A DNA stretch of 63,947 nt, the filler included, from Chiloscyllium plagiosum (taxonomy: Eukaryota): NCBI RefSeq assembly GCF_004010195.1. It is 9 parts of 9 records of this genome, joined end to end, with 100 filler letters (N's around TTAATTAATTAA, not from the genome) between each part and the next. Parts side by side here need not be neighbours in the genome. Positions count along the whole stretch, not along the records: positions 39,019 to 58,495 come from NW_025211554.1; 8 more parts are not named here. The stretch is one strand, 5' to 3'. Below are positions 39,966 to 53,655 of the stretch, piece by piece. The translations under genes and the position numbers were made by a program. Under the pieces are notes generated by a model that ran no database searches, was not told where the DNA came from, and saw only the letters and a program-made list of their open reading frames with translations. Positions within the stretch are counted from its first letter, which is position 1. Every line of letters begins with the position of its first letter.

Positions 39966-40357
39966 TTATTGACATGAATTAACAGTGTCCATCAGTGCAA
40001 GTGAAATGTTTACAAAACAAGGTTTACCGCTGGATTTATCGACTGTTCTGTTGATGATCTTCAATGGAATCGCTTCATGTCCCACCACACAGGAGTAAGA
40101 AGCACCGCTGGCCCACTCCTCCGCTGTAATGGATAACAGGCTGTAGATAAAGAAGGAGGTGTTGTCACTCTCCGCCATCACCTCGGTGTTCTTGTAGTTA
40201 CTGGGATTCACCGGCTTGTCATTGTTTGTCCACTTGACGAACATCTCTCGGGGGGAGAAACCTCTCACTAAACAGGTGAGGGAGAGAAACCTCTGAGCGG
40301 AGATTTCTCCTGTTGGTGGCAGGAGGACCGACACTGATGGCTCCAGCGGATTAATCA
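39966..40357 (-). CDS. Terminal IgW/IgNAR-type constant exon plus secretory tail, cluster A
   Basis: Open exon [10 protein letters not shown]...[20 protein letters not shown]; both downstream AATAAA positions are mutated relative to the 34334/34343 copy. Confidence 0.9.
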
Positions 40358-40812
40358 CTGCAGAATAGTTGAGACAAATATAAATCAACCAAAAAAATCC
40401 TGAACCAATATCACAATTTCACTAAATATTAAAATACGCCATGTTTAATTTGAGATTTATTCACTTTTTTTTTGTAAAGGAGCAGTATGTTACACATTCT
40501 GTTCAGTAAAAAAAGGAAAGTTTAATGTGAAAGTTGCCTCCATGTTTCCAGCCCACAACAAGGGCATTCTGTCCAATTGTCATTGCTGATGGTGGCGTCA
40601 CAACTCAGGCTTCTTCCCACTATATCTGACTTAATCAGAATACAATATCCTTTGGTCCATCTTTTTCTTAATCAGCTACTTAGCTCTCCTGCCTTCAGAT
40701 GCATCATTAATGCTCCCAACGGTGTTTGTTCATTACCAATCAAAGCCTGCCATTGATGTAACTGGATCTGGATTACACATGAGATCCTTTGTGCTTTAAT
40801 CTCACCGCTCAC

Positions 40813-41121
40813 CTTTCTCCTTGTGGATGGCGTCTCTCAGCAGACTCGGTAGATTCTGATGGTACACCACACATTCAAAAGTAACGCCACTCAGCCAGGC
40901 CTCAGTTGAAATGTCTAATTTGCTGATCACGCTGTCGGGATTCTGTCCAGGCTGCTCAGCAATCTCTGATTTCAGAGGCTTCTTTTCTTGTCTCCAGGTG
41001 ACATTGACTCCAGAAGGAAGATTGGACACACTGCAGGTTAACGTCACCGTCGCCTCCAGTAAGACTTGTTCTACTGGCGGTGGGAGGATTTAAACGGTGT
41101 TAGGGTGGCACTCGGTATCTT
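40813..41121 (-). pseudogene. Penultimate IgW/IgNAR-type constant exon, cluster A, with a nonsense codon
   Basis: 309-nt exon [25 protein letters not shown]...; TAA at 41090-41092 replaces Lys. Confidence 0.9.
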
Positions 41122-42800
41122 CTATGAAACAAAAATCAAAGTCAATGAAAAATGCCCCTGTCTGATACAAACAGCCAATCTTCAGTCTACTCCTTCACAG
41201 GGTGAAGACACCACCTTCAAAATGGCAACTCCAACTATTGCTGAAACGATGCTTACTATTGTTGATGTATTTTGATCTGTGAAACATTTATGATTACCTA
41301 TAACATACACTGTGTAATTATTCCTGAAGAGCACTGGCTTTGTAACAAGTGAAACCTGTGAAAAAAGTAAAATCATCGAAGATACCATCACGTAACCCAT
41401 GGAATGACCTTTCTTTCAGAGTTTGTCTCTCACTTAAGACCATCTATTGATACTTGTGACAAGAGTAATCTGAATATAATGAGTTCATTTCCATGTTCAT
41501 AACCTTTAGGTGCAAGTGCTGCTGGTCACACTTACTGCCAAATCACATCCCAAATTTTGGACAGATTATACTAAATAATAATTATTCTCTTTGCAGAGTT
41601 CTAAAGTGTTACAGGAGCGGTGAACAGCCATGGAAATTCTGTTCATTATATTTAACATGATCAAAAATACTTTGGGTTGTTGGTGTGATGTCATTCTCTA
41701 ATTTATGTCATTGTTCCTCGTGGGCTGTGTTTGGAGTAGATCTGAAAACAAGACATTGAGTACAGCATTGGATATCGAGAAGGACCCCCATCTCCTTAAG
41801 TCTTTCCTTCCATTCAGTTAGTTCAGAACTGGTCTGTACTTTCACTTTATTTACCAAGCTGCATTTTTAAATTTCTTCATAGAGCAGGAGAGAGAAAAAA
41901 ACAAACAAAAGCGTCTTAAATTAATCTACAAACGAGATGGAAATGTCACTAATTTTATAGGCATCCACTACTCACTGTGTAAACATCGCCACCCCAAACC
42001 AAGCTAAATCAGCCTGTCTCGAGTTCCTAGTTCATTCATCCCTATTGTAGCATTCCCACCAGAATTTATTCTCCTGCCTCATCCACTAATAACAGAGAGC
42101 ATCTTAAAGAAGCTCAGTGAGATCACATTTATCCCAGTTCATCAAATGTGATAGCCACTTGGTCTGTGGTCTGATCCCATAAATGAAGTTAAAGAGCTCA
42201 GTACCAGATAAAAATCGATGTCGTACAATGTCCAACCAACAGGTCATACCTGAGCAGGGACTGAAGCATTGAACGCATTTTGATTTATTTTCAAGTAAGG
42301 GTCACTACATATTTTAACCACGTCAATTTGATAGAGGATCAGAATAAGGCTGTTCCACCAATCCAGAGTTTAGATCAGAATGATGCTGGAAAGGCACAGC
42401 AGGTCAGGCAGCATCCGATGAGCAGGAAAATCGACATTTCGGGCTAAAGCCATTCTCCTGCCTTCTCCCCGTACGAAACAAGAGCCGATCTATCTCTGGC
42501 TTGAGTACACACAATGGCCTGGCCCCCACAGCCCTCTGCAGCAACATGTTCCACAGACTCATCACCCTCTGGCTGAAGAAACCCTCACCATCTCAGTTCT
42601 AAACGGTGCCCCTTTGACCCTGAGACTGTGCACTTGGGTCCTAGTCTCGCCTACCAGTCAAAGCATCTATTCCACATTCACTCGACCTCAGTCTCTCAGT
42701 ATTTTCTATGTTTCAATCAGATATCTCTCCAATATCCCCCNNNNNNNNNNNNNNNNNNNNNNNNNNNNNNNNNNNNNNNNNNNNNNNNNNNNNNNNNNNN

Positions 42801-45800
42801 ACAGGAATCATAATTGTGCAGAGTGCTGGAGAAGCTGGGATCCACACAGAAAGATAAGCAGGACAAATGTGAAAGGCTAAATTTAGAGGACACAGCAAGG
42901 GAGTCAAGGAGGCACAGAAACTATAGGCTGGTAACAACGTTGCTATAGGGAGATAGCAACGTTGGATGGTATTCGTTTTAATGACAGAGTCTGATGAACA
43001 AGGCAGACGAATTACTGGCATAAATGAAGAAATGATGCTGTTGCTATCACGGAGACATATTGAGAGCCGGGCAGGAGTGGCTATTCAATATTCCAGGATT
43101 TAGTGCCTTCAGGCGAGACAGGGAAAGATGGAAAATGATGGGGGCGTGGGTGTGCGGTACAGAATGTTGTTTCTGTTGCAATTCTGACAAGAGTATTTTA
43201 GGCTGTAAAGAGAAATGAAATCATGGATACCTCCTTGAACAAAGGCAAATGGACAGTACTTCAAAACCAAAATACAGCAAACGTAACTACTGGGAGAGCA
43301 CGATAGACCTTACTATAGGTCCAAAATACCAACTGCAAATACATGGGCAAATTTCAGAGACGTGTAAATTAAATAGGGGAATGAGAAAAGAGGTTTTTAA
43401 CTTCCTCAGCATAGGCTTGGATATTCATTTTGTCAAAAATTTAGAGGGAGCACAATTCTGAAAATGCCCCCAGGAGAATATTTGAACAAAGTGTGTGTTT
43501 AATACAGAGAATTTTAATCCAGACCTTGCAAGAGAGGGGTGAACCTGAACTTAACTTTAGGGACTGAAGTCGACCCAGTGGATAAAACACCAATGGTGGA
43601 GCACTTTGCAGACAGTGATGGTAAATCAGTTGGATTTCAGATTGTACTGCAAAGGAATAGAAATTGGCCCAAAGTTCTGAAAAGGGGAAGGACAATTTTA
43701 GTACGATCAGGTAATGACTTAACCAGAGTGGACTGGAAGCTGACACTTATAGGTCTGAGTCAGAGCAGTGTGACACATTTAAGAAAGAGATAGGAAAATC
43801 ACAGGGAGGACATTTCCCAGGAAGCCACTGCGTGGGACCAAGAATGCAGCGGTCTCTGGACACCAAAGGGCATGGAGGGTGAGATAAAGAGAAACAAGGG
43901 AGGCTTCCGGTCTATACTGAAATCTCATAACAATAGAAACTAATATGGAGTACAGAACGTGCAAGGAGGAGTTTGAAAGACAAAGGAATTAGAAGAGCAA
44001 AAGGGACCATGAGAAAATAATACCAGTCAAAATAAAGGAAAATATTTTTAAAAGTTACAGGCTCATTCATAATAAAAGAATTATTCGGGAAACAGTAATG
44101 CCCATTAAGTGTTATTATTGGAGTGGAGCCGGAGGATTAGGTTGTGGTCAAAACGAATGTGTTGTGTCAGTGTTCACTAGTAAGAGGGACAATGTGGGGA
44201 CCGAAATCATGGAGGGGTGTTGTGATGTACTTTCAGAAATTAGGACACAGGACGTGATGTTCTGTGACGTCTTGCTGAATGAAAAGTGGTTATATTTCCA
44301 GGGTAGATGAAAAGTATACCAAGCGGTTGAGCGATGCAAAGGATTAAATAGTTGGGTTGCTGACAATAATTTAGAATTCCTGTCTGGCCACAGCAGTTGT
44401 GCCAAGTGAGTGTAGATCAGCCAACGTTGCACTGTTTTGCAGGACGAAGGAAGGGATAAGTAATGAAAACACAGATCTGTCAAGGTAGTCTCAGTGGTGG
44501 GGAAACAATTGAGAAGTGAAATTAGTCTTCATTTGCAAGATAAATCAACAATTTTCAGCACGGTTTTATTGAGAGGAAGTCACGTGGAACAACTTGATAG
44601 TAGTTTTCATAGAGATAACTCGATGTCCAGATGATAGCAATAATCAGAGCCAAGGGGATCCGAGTTAATTTGACAGATTGGATCTAAGGCTCATTCATAA
44701 TAAAAGAATTATTTGGGAATCAGTAATGCCCATTAAGTGTTATTATTGGAGTGGTGTCGGAGGATTAGGTTGTGGTCAAAACGAATGTGTTGTGTCAGTG
44801 TTCACGAGTAAGAGGGACAATGTGGGGACCGAAATCATGGAGGAGTGTTGTGATGTAGTTTTCAGAAATTAGGACGTTGTGATGTACTTTCAGAAATTAG
44901 GACACAGGACGTGATGTTCTGTGATGTCTTGCTGAATGAATAGTGGTTATATTTCCAGGGTAGATGAAAAGTATACCAAGCGGTTGAGCGATGCAAAGGG
45001 TTAAATAGTTGGGTTGCTGACAATAATTTAGAATTCCTGTCTGGCCACAGCAGTTGTGCCAAGTGAGTGTAGATCAGCCAACGTTGCACTGTTTTGCAGG
45101 ACGAAGGAAGGGATAAATAATGAAAACACAGATCTGTCAAGCTAGTCTCAGTGGTGGGGAAACAATTGAGAAGTGAAATTAGTCTTCATTTGGAAGATAA
45201 ATCAACTATTTTCAGCACGGTTTTATTGAGAGGAAGTCATGTGTAACAATTTGATAGTAGTTTTCATAGAGATAACTCGATGTCCAGATGATAGCAATAA
45301 TCAGAGCCAATGGGATCCGAGTTAATTTGACAGATTGGATCTTGAACTGGCTGAGTGGTGGGAGCAGGCGATAATAGTCATCGGGTGTCTGCGTGACTGG
45401 AAATCTATGTCTCCTGGTGTTCTGCAGGGAATAGTGTTGATTTCCTTGCTATTTCTCTTACATATCAATGATTGAGACTCAAATTTAGGAGGATTAACCA
45501 GTGAATTCACAGATGAAATGAAAACTGTCATGTTGATAAGTCATGAGCATAATGGCTTTAGATTGCAGGAGGATATAAAAGGGTTGGTTGTATGTGAAGA
45601 GAAAAGTTGCAAATGGAAATTATTCTGAATAAATGTAAGGTGATGTAATTCGGCAGAAGAATCTATGAGGTATGACGTTTTAAATGGTGGAACCTTGGAA
45701 AGGCCTGAGGATCTTTGGTGCATGTACCCAGCGATCCCCTATAGTACTGTGTCGTCTGGATAAAGAGGCTAAGAAAGTGGGAGGATATTTGCTTTTATTA

Positions 45801-46390
45801 GCCTAGATATTGACAATGAAGAGTGGTGAGATGATACTGGAACTTAATAGAACACTGGTTAGGCCATACCGAAGCGTTGTGTGCATGTTGTCGAAGGAAT
45901 TTGATTACACTGAAGGCAGTATTGATGAGATTTGCCAGGATCTTGCCTGGGTTGGAGGGTTTTAGTTATGAAACTAGTTTAGATAGACAGGGGTTTTCCT
46001 TGGAGCAGAGGAGAATTAGGGAGAAGATTATCCATGATGTTTAGAATTATTTTAGGCATAGACAGGGTAAACTGGATGAAACCTTTCCCATTGATGGAGA
46101 GATCAATGCCTCAGGGGCACAGGGTGAAGGTAAGGCCAGGAGGTTCCAAGTGGATCTCAGGGGAAAACAAAATCAAACAGAGAGTGGTGTTAGCCTGGAG
46201 CTCAGCACCTATAAGTCATGTAGAGACTGAGCCCCTCATAATAAGTATGAAGTTTTGAGATGCATCCTTGCAAAGGCAAGTCACACAAGGCAATGGATCA
46301 TGTGCTGGCACATGAGACTGGAATAGTTAGGTGGCTGCTATTGATAGGCGTGAACTGGATGGATCAAAGGGCCTTTTTTCCTGTGCTGTA
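42801..46390 (+). mobile_element. Old CR1 LINE inside the CH1-to-C intron of cluster A
   Basis: Degenerate endonuclease/RT similarity and CR1-like 3' tail (caaagggcc...ctgtgctgta). Confidence 0.75.
44059..45342 (+). repeat. Tandem duplication of about 630 bp within the CR1
   Basis: aggctcattcataataaaag at 44059 and 44687; near-identical copies, second with an extra internal duplication of about 28 bp. Confidence 0.9.
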
Positions 46391-46479
46391 TAAGGTGATT
46401 CTGTGAAAACGGTTATAAATAATGCCTTATCCATGTTAATCACAGATGATCTGTTTACCTCAGTTCCCACAACACGTAC

Positions 46480-46538
46480 CTGGACATGGCATTACTTTGC
46501 TCTTGTGTGACCCGCTGTGTTGAACCTCACAGGAGATT
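46480..46538 (-). CDS. 3' end of IgH CH1 exon (mu-like), cluster A; remainder lost in the N gap
   Basis: ISCEVQHSGSHKSKVMPCP followed by phase-1 donor GTACGT. Confidence 0.8.
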
Positions 46539-46879
46539 NNNNNNNNNNNNNNNNNNNNNNNNNNNNNNNNNNNNNNTAATTTGACCTTATCAGTTACTCA
46601 AATGTATCCTCAGCTGTAAACGTTTGCCAGTATGCTCCCGGTGAAGTCTCCAGCATAACTGGGGTTTATTGTTGTTTCCTACCAGTTGCTGATCATGATC
46701 ATTGGTTCCCTCTTTAGAAACATGCCCTCAACCTTGACCGTTAACACATAATTTAGGACGAAGAACATCCTGATCCCACACCAGTAAATGTTTGAAGATC
46801 TCACCAACTGACACTTCCACTGGATTGCTGTGAAGAGCAGAGACGTTTCACAAAATACAAACCAAGGAAATGCAGATTC

Positions 46880-47200
46880 ATCGAAATTCTACAGTGTGTG
46901 CAAACAGGCCATTTGGCCCCAACAAGTCCACACCCACCCTCTGAAAAGTAACGCATCCAGACCCATTCCCCTATCCTATTATGCTACAGTTAACCATGAC
47001 TAATGCACCTAAACTCCCAATCACAGAATACAACATTTGCAATTCCCCCAGCTTGCACATCTTTGGACTGTGGGAGGAAACGCACACAGACATGGAGAGA
47101 AAGTGCCAACTCCACACAGACAGTCACTCGAGGCTGGACTGGAACCCGAGTCCCGAGCACTGTGAGGCAGCAGCACTAACCACGGAACCAGCGTGCCGCC
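46880..47200 (-). mobile_element. HE1-like tRNA-derived SINE
   Basis: Minus strand gtggttagtgctgctgcctcacag...gggttccagtcc with tRNA A/B-box-like head and LINE-like tail. Confidence 0.75.
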
Positions 47201-50200
47201 CCAGTAGGTACCGTACTGCTGGAAATACCCAACAGCTGGCAGTACCCCCGGAGAGAAATCAGAGTGAATCATAGATCATAGAACATTACAGCGCAGTACA
47301 GGCCCTTCGGCCCTCGATGTTGCGCTGCCCTGTCATACTAATCTGAAGCCCATCCCACCTACACTATCCCATGTACGGCCATATGTTTGTCCAATGACGA
47401 CTTAAATGTACATAAACTTGGCGAATCTACTACTGTTGCAGGCAAAACATTCCATACCCTTAATAATCAATGAGTAAAGAAACTACCTCTGACATCTGTC
47501 TTATACCTATCTCCCCTCACTTTAAAGTTGTGTCCCCTCGTGTTTACCGTCCCCATACTTGGAAATCAGGTCCAGTGAGCCTTCCTCACTTAACAATGCA
47601 AGGTAGAATGTTCTCCCTGGGAGGAAGGTCACTGCAGCAGCAGCACAGGCAGGAGCTGAGCACTGGGATTATTTGAGAGAAGAAGGTTGAGAGGTGACTT
47701 AATTGAGACATAAAAGATAAACAGAGGGTGGACAGTGAAAGTCTTTTTCCTTGAATAGTGATGGTTAGCAGGAGAGGACATAGATGACAGATGTCAGAGG
47801 TTGTTTCTTTACTCAGAGAATAGTAGGGCCATGGAATGCACTGCCTGCAACAATAGTACACTCGCCAACTTTAAGGGCATTTAAAAGGTTATTGGATAAA
47901 CATATGGATGTAAATGGAATCGTGTAGGATAGATAGGCTTCAGATTGGTTCCACAGGTCAGCGCAACATCGAGGGCTGAAGGGCCTGTACTGCACCGTAA
48001 TGTTCTATATTCTATATTCCAGATGGACATATGATCTCAATTCCTTTCACTCATTTACACTCCTGCCGCCCTGCACCTGGCCCATGGTGAATCTGGCCCT
48101 GACTAGACCTGGCACCATCATTTTCACAACCTCTCACAAAAGCCAACTTGCCAAGACATGACCTCAGCCCTTGATCACTGACCTCTCATCTTACCCAAGT
48201 CAACCTGTGCACATTGCATCCTAGCTCCTTTCGCATCTGTGCTTTACAACCTACCATTTTGCCAGACTCCGAGCTTTGCATTTTGACAACACGTCCACCT
48301 GTCACTTCACTACAGTGACCTTCCACCCCCGAAACATCCTGGCACTCTGCCCACCTCTACACTAACCAGCCTGGCATCCTGCTCACCTCTCCTTAAACCA
48401 GCCTGGCAAAGACAGACCTCCTGCATTTCAGCTCAAACTACCCCTCACCTACCAAGCAAGATTCGACCAAATTATCCTGTGACCATTACCATTTACCTTG
48501 ATGCCACCTTGCCAGACAGAGTGCATGCAAGCTTACCAAGTAGCCAGCCAACACCTCACAGCCTATCAACCCAAACTCTCCCACATGCCAATTCTAGCCC
48601 CTCACTTGCTCACCACCTTCCAACTTTGAGCCTACTCCACCTAAAGTCAGTGAGTCATAAAGTCGTACCGCACAGAAACAGTTCCTTTGGTCCAGCTCAT
48701 CCATGCTGACCAGAGTTCCCAAATTAAACTAATTCCACTTGCCTGCCTTTGGCCCATATCCATCCAGACCTATCCAGTTCCTGGAGCTGTTCATATGTCT
48801 TATAAATGTTGGACCTATCTCTGCATTTACCACTTCCTCTGGCAGTTCATTCCAATGTTTTGGACAGTTACAACATGAAGCCCCAACTCCTGCACTCAGT
48901 GCTCTGACCAATGAAGGTACATGTGCCAAACGCCATCAACACACTAGCTACTTGAGACAACGCTTTCACGAATCTATGAGTCTGAACCCTCAGGGTCCTC
49001 AGTGTTCAATGTCACTACCCAGTGCCTTACCATGAACTCTGTAAGACTCTATGAGTCTGCACCCTCAGGGCCCTGTGTTCAACATCACTATCCAGTGCCC
49101 TACCATTAACTCTGTAAGTTGTGACCTGATTTGTCTTCTCAAAAAGCAACACGTCGTATTCATTTAAATTACACTCAATCTGCCACTCCTCAGCCCATTG
49201 ACCCAGCTAATCAAGATCTCATTCTACGTTTAGATAACTTTTACTGCCAATTATACCACCAATGTTGGTGTTACGTGCAAATTTACAAACCATGTCCCAT
49301 TCAATGTTTTCATGGCTTTCAACCAATATTGTACCCTGTTTGCCTTTCTCCCACATATCCGGAGCATTTTTTTAAGGATTGAAGTAATCTATCTCCTTAT
49401 TGAAATCATTTAATGTTTTGTCCTGAATCAATTTCTGTGGTGGAGAATTCCAAAGTTCCACCATTCTTTTGCTGAACAGTAAACAATCAGGTTCAATGTT
49501 ATCGGTGTGTTGGGAAGATTGGTGAGCAGCAAGATTAATGATGATCCCATGAATGGAATAGCATTCTAGAGGGGCCGAGGGGCCTTCTTCAGCTTCCATT
49601 TTGCATGTTGACATGTCCCTTCAGCAGCATGTTCAAAAACTGTGATCCTTGAGGATAAGGGCGCACATGCATGTAAATGCTTCAACTGAAAGCTCTCCTC
49701 AAAATTAGACTTCAACTTGACTCTCAACTATTTCTCTGCCGTTTCCTCTTCCTTCATCACAGCCATAGGACTCACTTCCTAACAGCGCTGTGAATGTGCT
49801 AATACCACACGAACTTCAGCAATTCAAATAGACTGATGACAACTGGTTTCTCAAGGCGGTATAAAAAGTCTGACACTTCCACACCTGTCTAAAGATTCAA
49901 ACAACCACTGGAAGAATTGAAAATTATTTGAGGCACTTGTGTGTCTTCACAAGATAGCATGGTTTTCTTTTGCGTCATTTGACTGTGTTTTCACTGAATG
50001 AGCAGAGCTATTTCTTAATCATGTAATAGGAATTAAGCTTCCCTCATTTTTAGCAAGGCAATCACACATTATATTTCTTTATTCCAGGGAAGTATAGTGT
50101 TAAATTAAAGAAATATGATGATTGGGATGTTTCAATTAGAAATTGTCAGAGATTTAAATTTTACTTTCATGAGCAATTAATTCCAGCCTCATTGTGTCAC

Positions 50201-52779
50201 AGTACTCACAGGACTGTCTTTCAGAAATGGTGTCTTCCTTTGTTCCGGGCAGTCGAATCAGTAAATTTGGGATAGTTTTTGCTTATTAATAAAAGGTGTT
50301 GAAGAGTTTTAGCCAAAGGGAGACCTGTGGATTTAGCTCACAGATGCTCCATGATCTAAGTAAGTGGTGGAACAGCTCGAGGGACTGAGTGCCCTCCTCG
50401 TGCTCCTACCTTCCTATCATTGTGTCATTCATTAAGCTAGCACTGGCGGTGAACACTTTTTATTAAAATATTTCAAGAAATGAATTGTTTCACACATGCT
50501 TTAGAAAAAACCTTCTGTTGATTATTTGGAACGGGATCATTGACTTTCTCTATTTGAGTGATCAAAATAACTTCCACCCAATTACAGCAGTCACTGCACT
50601 CTGGAGTGTGTTGTTACTTCATAATAGTTTCTTGTGAAACTACACTTTAGATCAGGGCGCTCCAATTCAATGATTCTCTGATATTTAATATCTCTGAACA
50701 TTCTCAATTTGTTCAAATGCATATTTTCTCTGAAGAACGTGTTTCATCGAACACAACTATTTTCAATGAAACAACAAACTTTAAATGCTAGAAAATCAAA
50801 ATAAAGACAGAAATTTCTGAAGAAACTCAGCAGGTCTAGCAGCTCCTGTGGAGAGAAGGCAAGGTTAACATTTCGCATCCAGAGACCCCGCCCCTTCACC
50901 AAATTGTTTTCATGTTTTTGGCACAAGAGCTCACACCTTTTAGAGATAAACAGTGATTACGCTGGCTTGACTCCTATTGGAAAAAGAATTCTTCGCAGAG
51001 GTACTGGATGGTCTCAGATAGCAATTGAAGACCAACTGAACAGCTATCACCATCTGCATCAAGTGTTGGATTCAGAGGAACTCCCACCGTACTGAACAAT
51101 CAAATTCAGCTACAGCACTGGTTTAATATAAAGTAAAACAGCCTAAGGATACTCTCATCAAATATGCTTCGAAAATGATTCATTCTGGATTAGTTATAAA
51201 TGATATTGTTAGAACAGCAAGTCAAAAGCTGGGATTTCTTTGAGCACTTACTCCATTAACCCAATCTAGCGATACCCAACAGCTTGTGAACAAATATTGA
51301 TCTGGAAAAAGCTGCTAACCACCAAAATTCTGTTTAATATCTAAGAGACACAAGTCAGAACAGCGATTGAATAGATTTCATTGGCCTCTGTGAGTGGAAT
51401 TCCAACAAACACCCAGATATGTCAATCTGCTTTCTTGCACTGAAGTAACCTGATAAGAGATTATGTTACATACCTCTCTAACAGATTGTAAGTGAACACA
51501 GGCCACCTGGCATAGAATCAGGGACTCTAATACAACATCACAACAGACCTGAACACAATGAGCTTGACACTATCACGGAGAACACAGCCCACATGTTTTG
51601 ACAATACATAAACCATGTTAGTTATTATCACCTTCCAACAACCAGGGATAGTTCCAGAATGTTTGTACAATGAAAGTAACATTTCAACATTTATCGAAGA
51701 ATGCTTTGACAGCAGCTCCAAATTGTTCAAACTCTATGGGAACTACAGAGGAATAAATCTAGGAATTGCATTGCCATCAATTCACTGTCACTGGATTCCA
51801 ACCTAGAACTACCTTCCTCTTTCCCCTGTGAATGTTGCTGCAGCAGATGGTCTACTTAGTTTGGAAAAGATTAAAATGTTTTGAAGTGTAATATGACAAT
51901 TGCCAGTGACATTAAAAGCTGATAATAGGTTTTCAAATCATAAGATGCAAAAAAATTCTGATTCTACATTGTGCCACGAAACATGTCCTGCATAACTCAG
52001 GCACAAAGAAAATATGCAGCACATTTCCCTCTGCCTCGCTCAATCAAATATCTCTTGTTGCTAACAACCAATTTCAAAACTCTTGCTATCTGCCTTTTGT
52101 TCCTGAAACGTTCGTTCTGATTGTAACAACTTAGTCAGGGCTCTCAATTCTGAGGCACCTAATCGAATATTGTATTTCTGGCAGATAAAAGTGGTTTTGA
52201 ACCGCGAGATGAAATTGAACTGTCTGAGATTCAGGTATCCGAACTGGACAATTTACAAATGGTCAGGACCGTTGACAAGTTAGTTGGAGATAGCACTGAA
52301 ACAAACTGCACAACAGACTTAATCCTAGAGGATACATTGCTCAACTCCTCACGTCAAATATATTCACTGTAATTGAACATTCATCAGAGGAACTAACCAG
52401 TGGATTGATATGAATGAGAATGTGTTCACAATGAACATAAATAACCACTGGATTAATAAACTTAATAAGTCATTGCATTTAACAAAATTATTGAGGTGGG
52501 AAATATTGCCAATTAAAGCACGGATCCGGAGGAAATGTATTACTCTCTAAATTATTTTTACATATTCTTAAAACGTTCCTTGAACTGTGGAGATTTTGCA
52601 TGCACTGCATACAGTCAATACTGCATTCCAGTGTGGAAAGCATTTCTGTTGAACGTATTAGGGCAAGGTCATTTTCTTGTTAACTGCTTTTAATGAACGA
52701 AAATGTTTAAAATGGTATGAATTGAAAACATGCTTCTGTCTGGAGTTGCCCGCTTTAACAGATGTCTAAGTAAATGTGG

Positions 52780-53065
52780 GCACTGCTGCCTCACAGAACC
52801 ACGTACCCAGGCTCGGTTCCAGCCTCGGGTGACTGCCTATGTGTAGTTTACACAATCTCCCCTGTGTCTGTGTGGGTTTCCTCCCACAATCCAAAGATGT
52901 GCATGTCAGGTGAATTGGTCATGCTATATCGTCCACTGTGTTAGGTGCATTAGTCAGGGGTAAATATAGGGTAGGGGAATGGATCTGGCTGGGTTACTCT
53001 TCAGAGGGTCGGTATCGTCTTGTTGGACCAAATGACCCGATACATACTGCAGGAAATCTAATCTA
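52780..53065 (+). mobile_element. HE1-like SINE
   Basis: gcactgctgcctcacag...ggttccagcctcgggtgactg...ccaaagatgtgca. Confidence 0.75.
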
Positions 53066-53309
53066 AATGATTGTCACACTTAACTAATGTGAGCAGATTC
53101 CTTCCGATCGCTACATTGCAATAAATTGGTCAAGTATATTTATTAAAATAAATATTACTCTATTTTCAGTGTCTGAATAAACAATGTGCTCTGTTATCCT
53201 CTAGTTCATGTCTTCTCCAAATTTGTGAAATCTGCATCCGTCTGAACACATCGATGTAAAATGAATTCTCTGCGTTTGCAGCAAGCACTCCTATGGTTTT
53301 AAGAGTAGG

Positions 53310-53655
53310 GTTCCTACAGTATGGAAACAGGCCATTTGGCCCAACAATTCCACACTGACCCTCTGAACAGTACGTAGCCCACCCAGACCCATTCCCCCTA
53401 ACTTATATTTACCCCTGACTAATGCACTCTAACCTACACATCCCTGAGCACTGTGTGCAATTTAGGACAGCCATAATCACCTGACCTGCACATCTTTTGG
53501 ACTGTGCGAGGAAACCAGAGTGCCCGAAGGAAACCCACGCAGACATAGGGAGAATGTGCTAACTCCACACAGGCAGTCACCTGAGGGTGGGATCGAATTT
53601 AGGACCCTGGCACTATGAGGCAGCAGTGCCAAACACTGAGACACCATGCTGCCTT
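53310..53655 (-). mobile_element. HE1-like SINE, inverted relative to its neighbour
   Basis: Reverse complement of the same consensus. Confidence 0.75.

Noticed and set aside
46577-46830. Possible extra constant exon after a cacag acceptor on the minus strand
   Set aside because: Stops in all frames and no Ig Cys/Trp spacing
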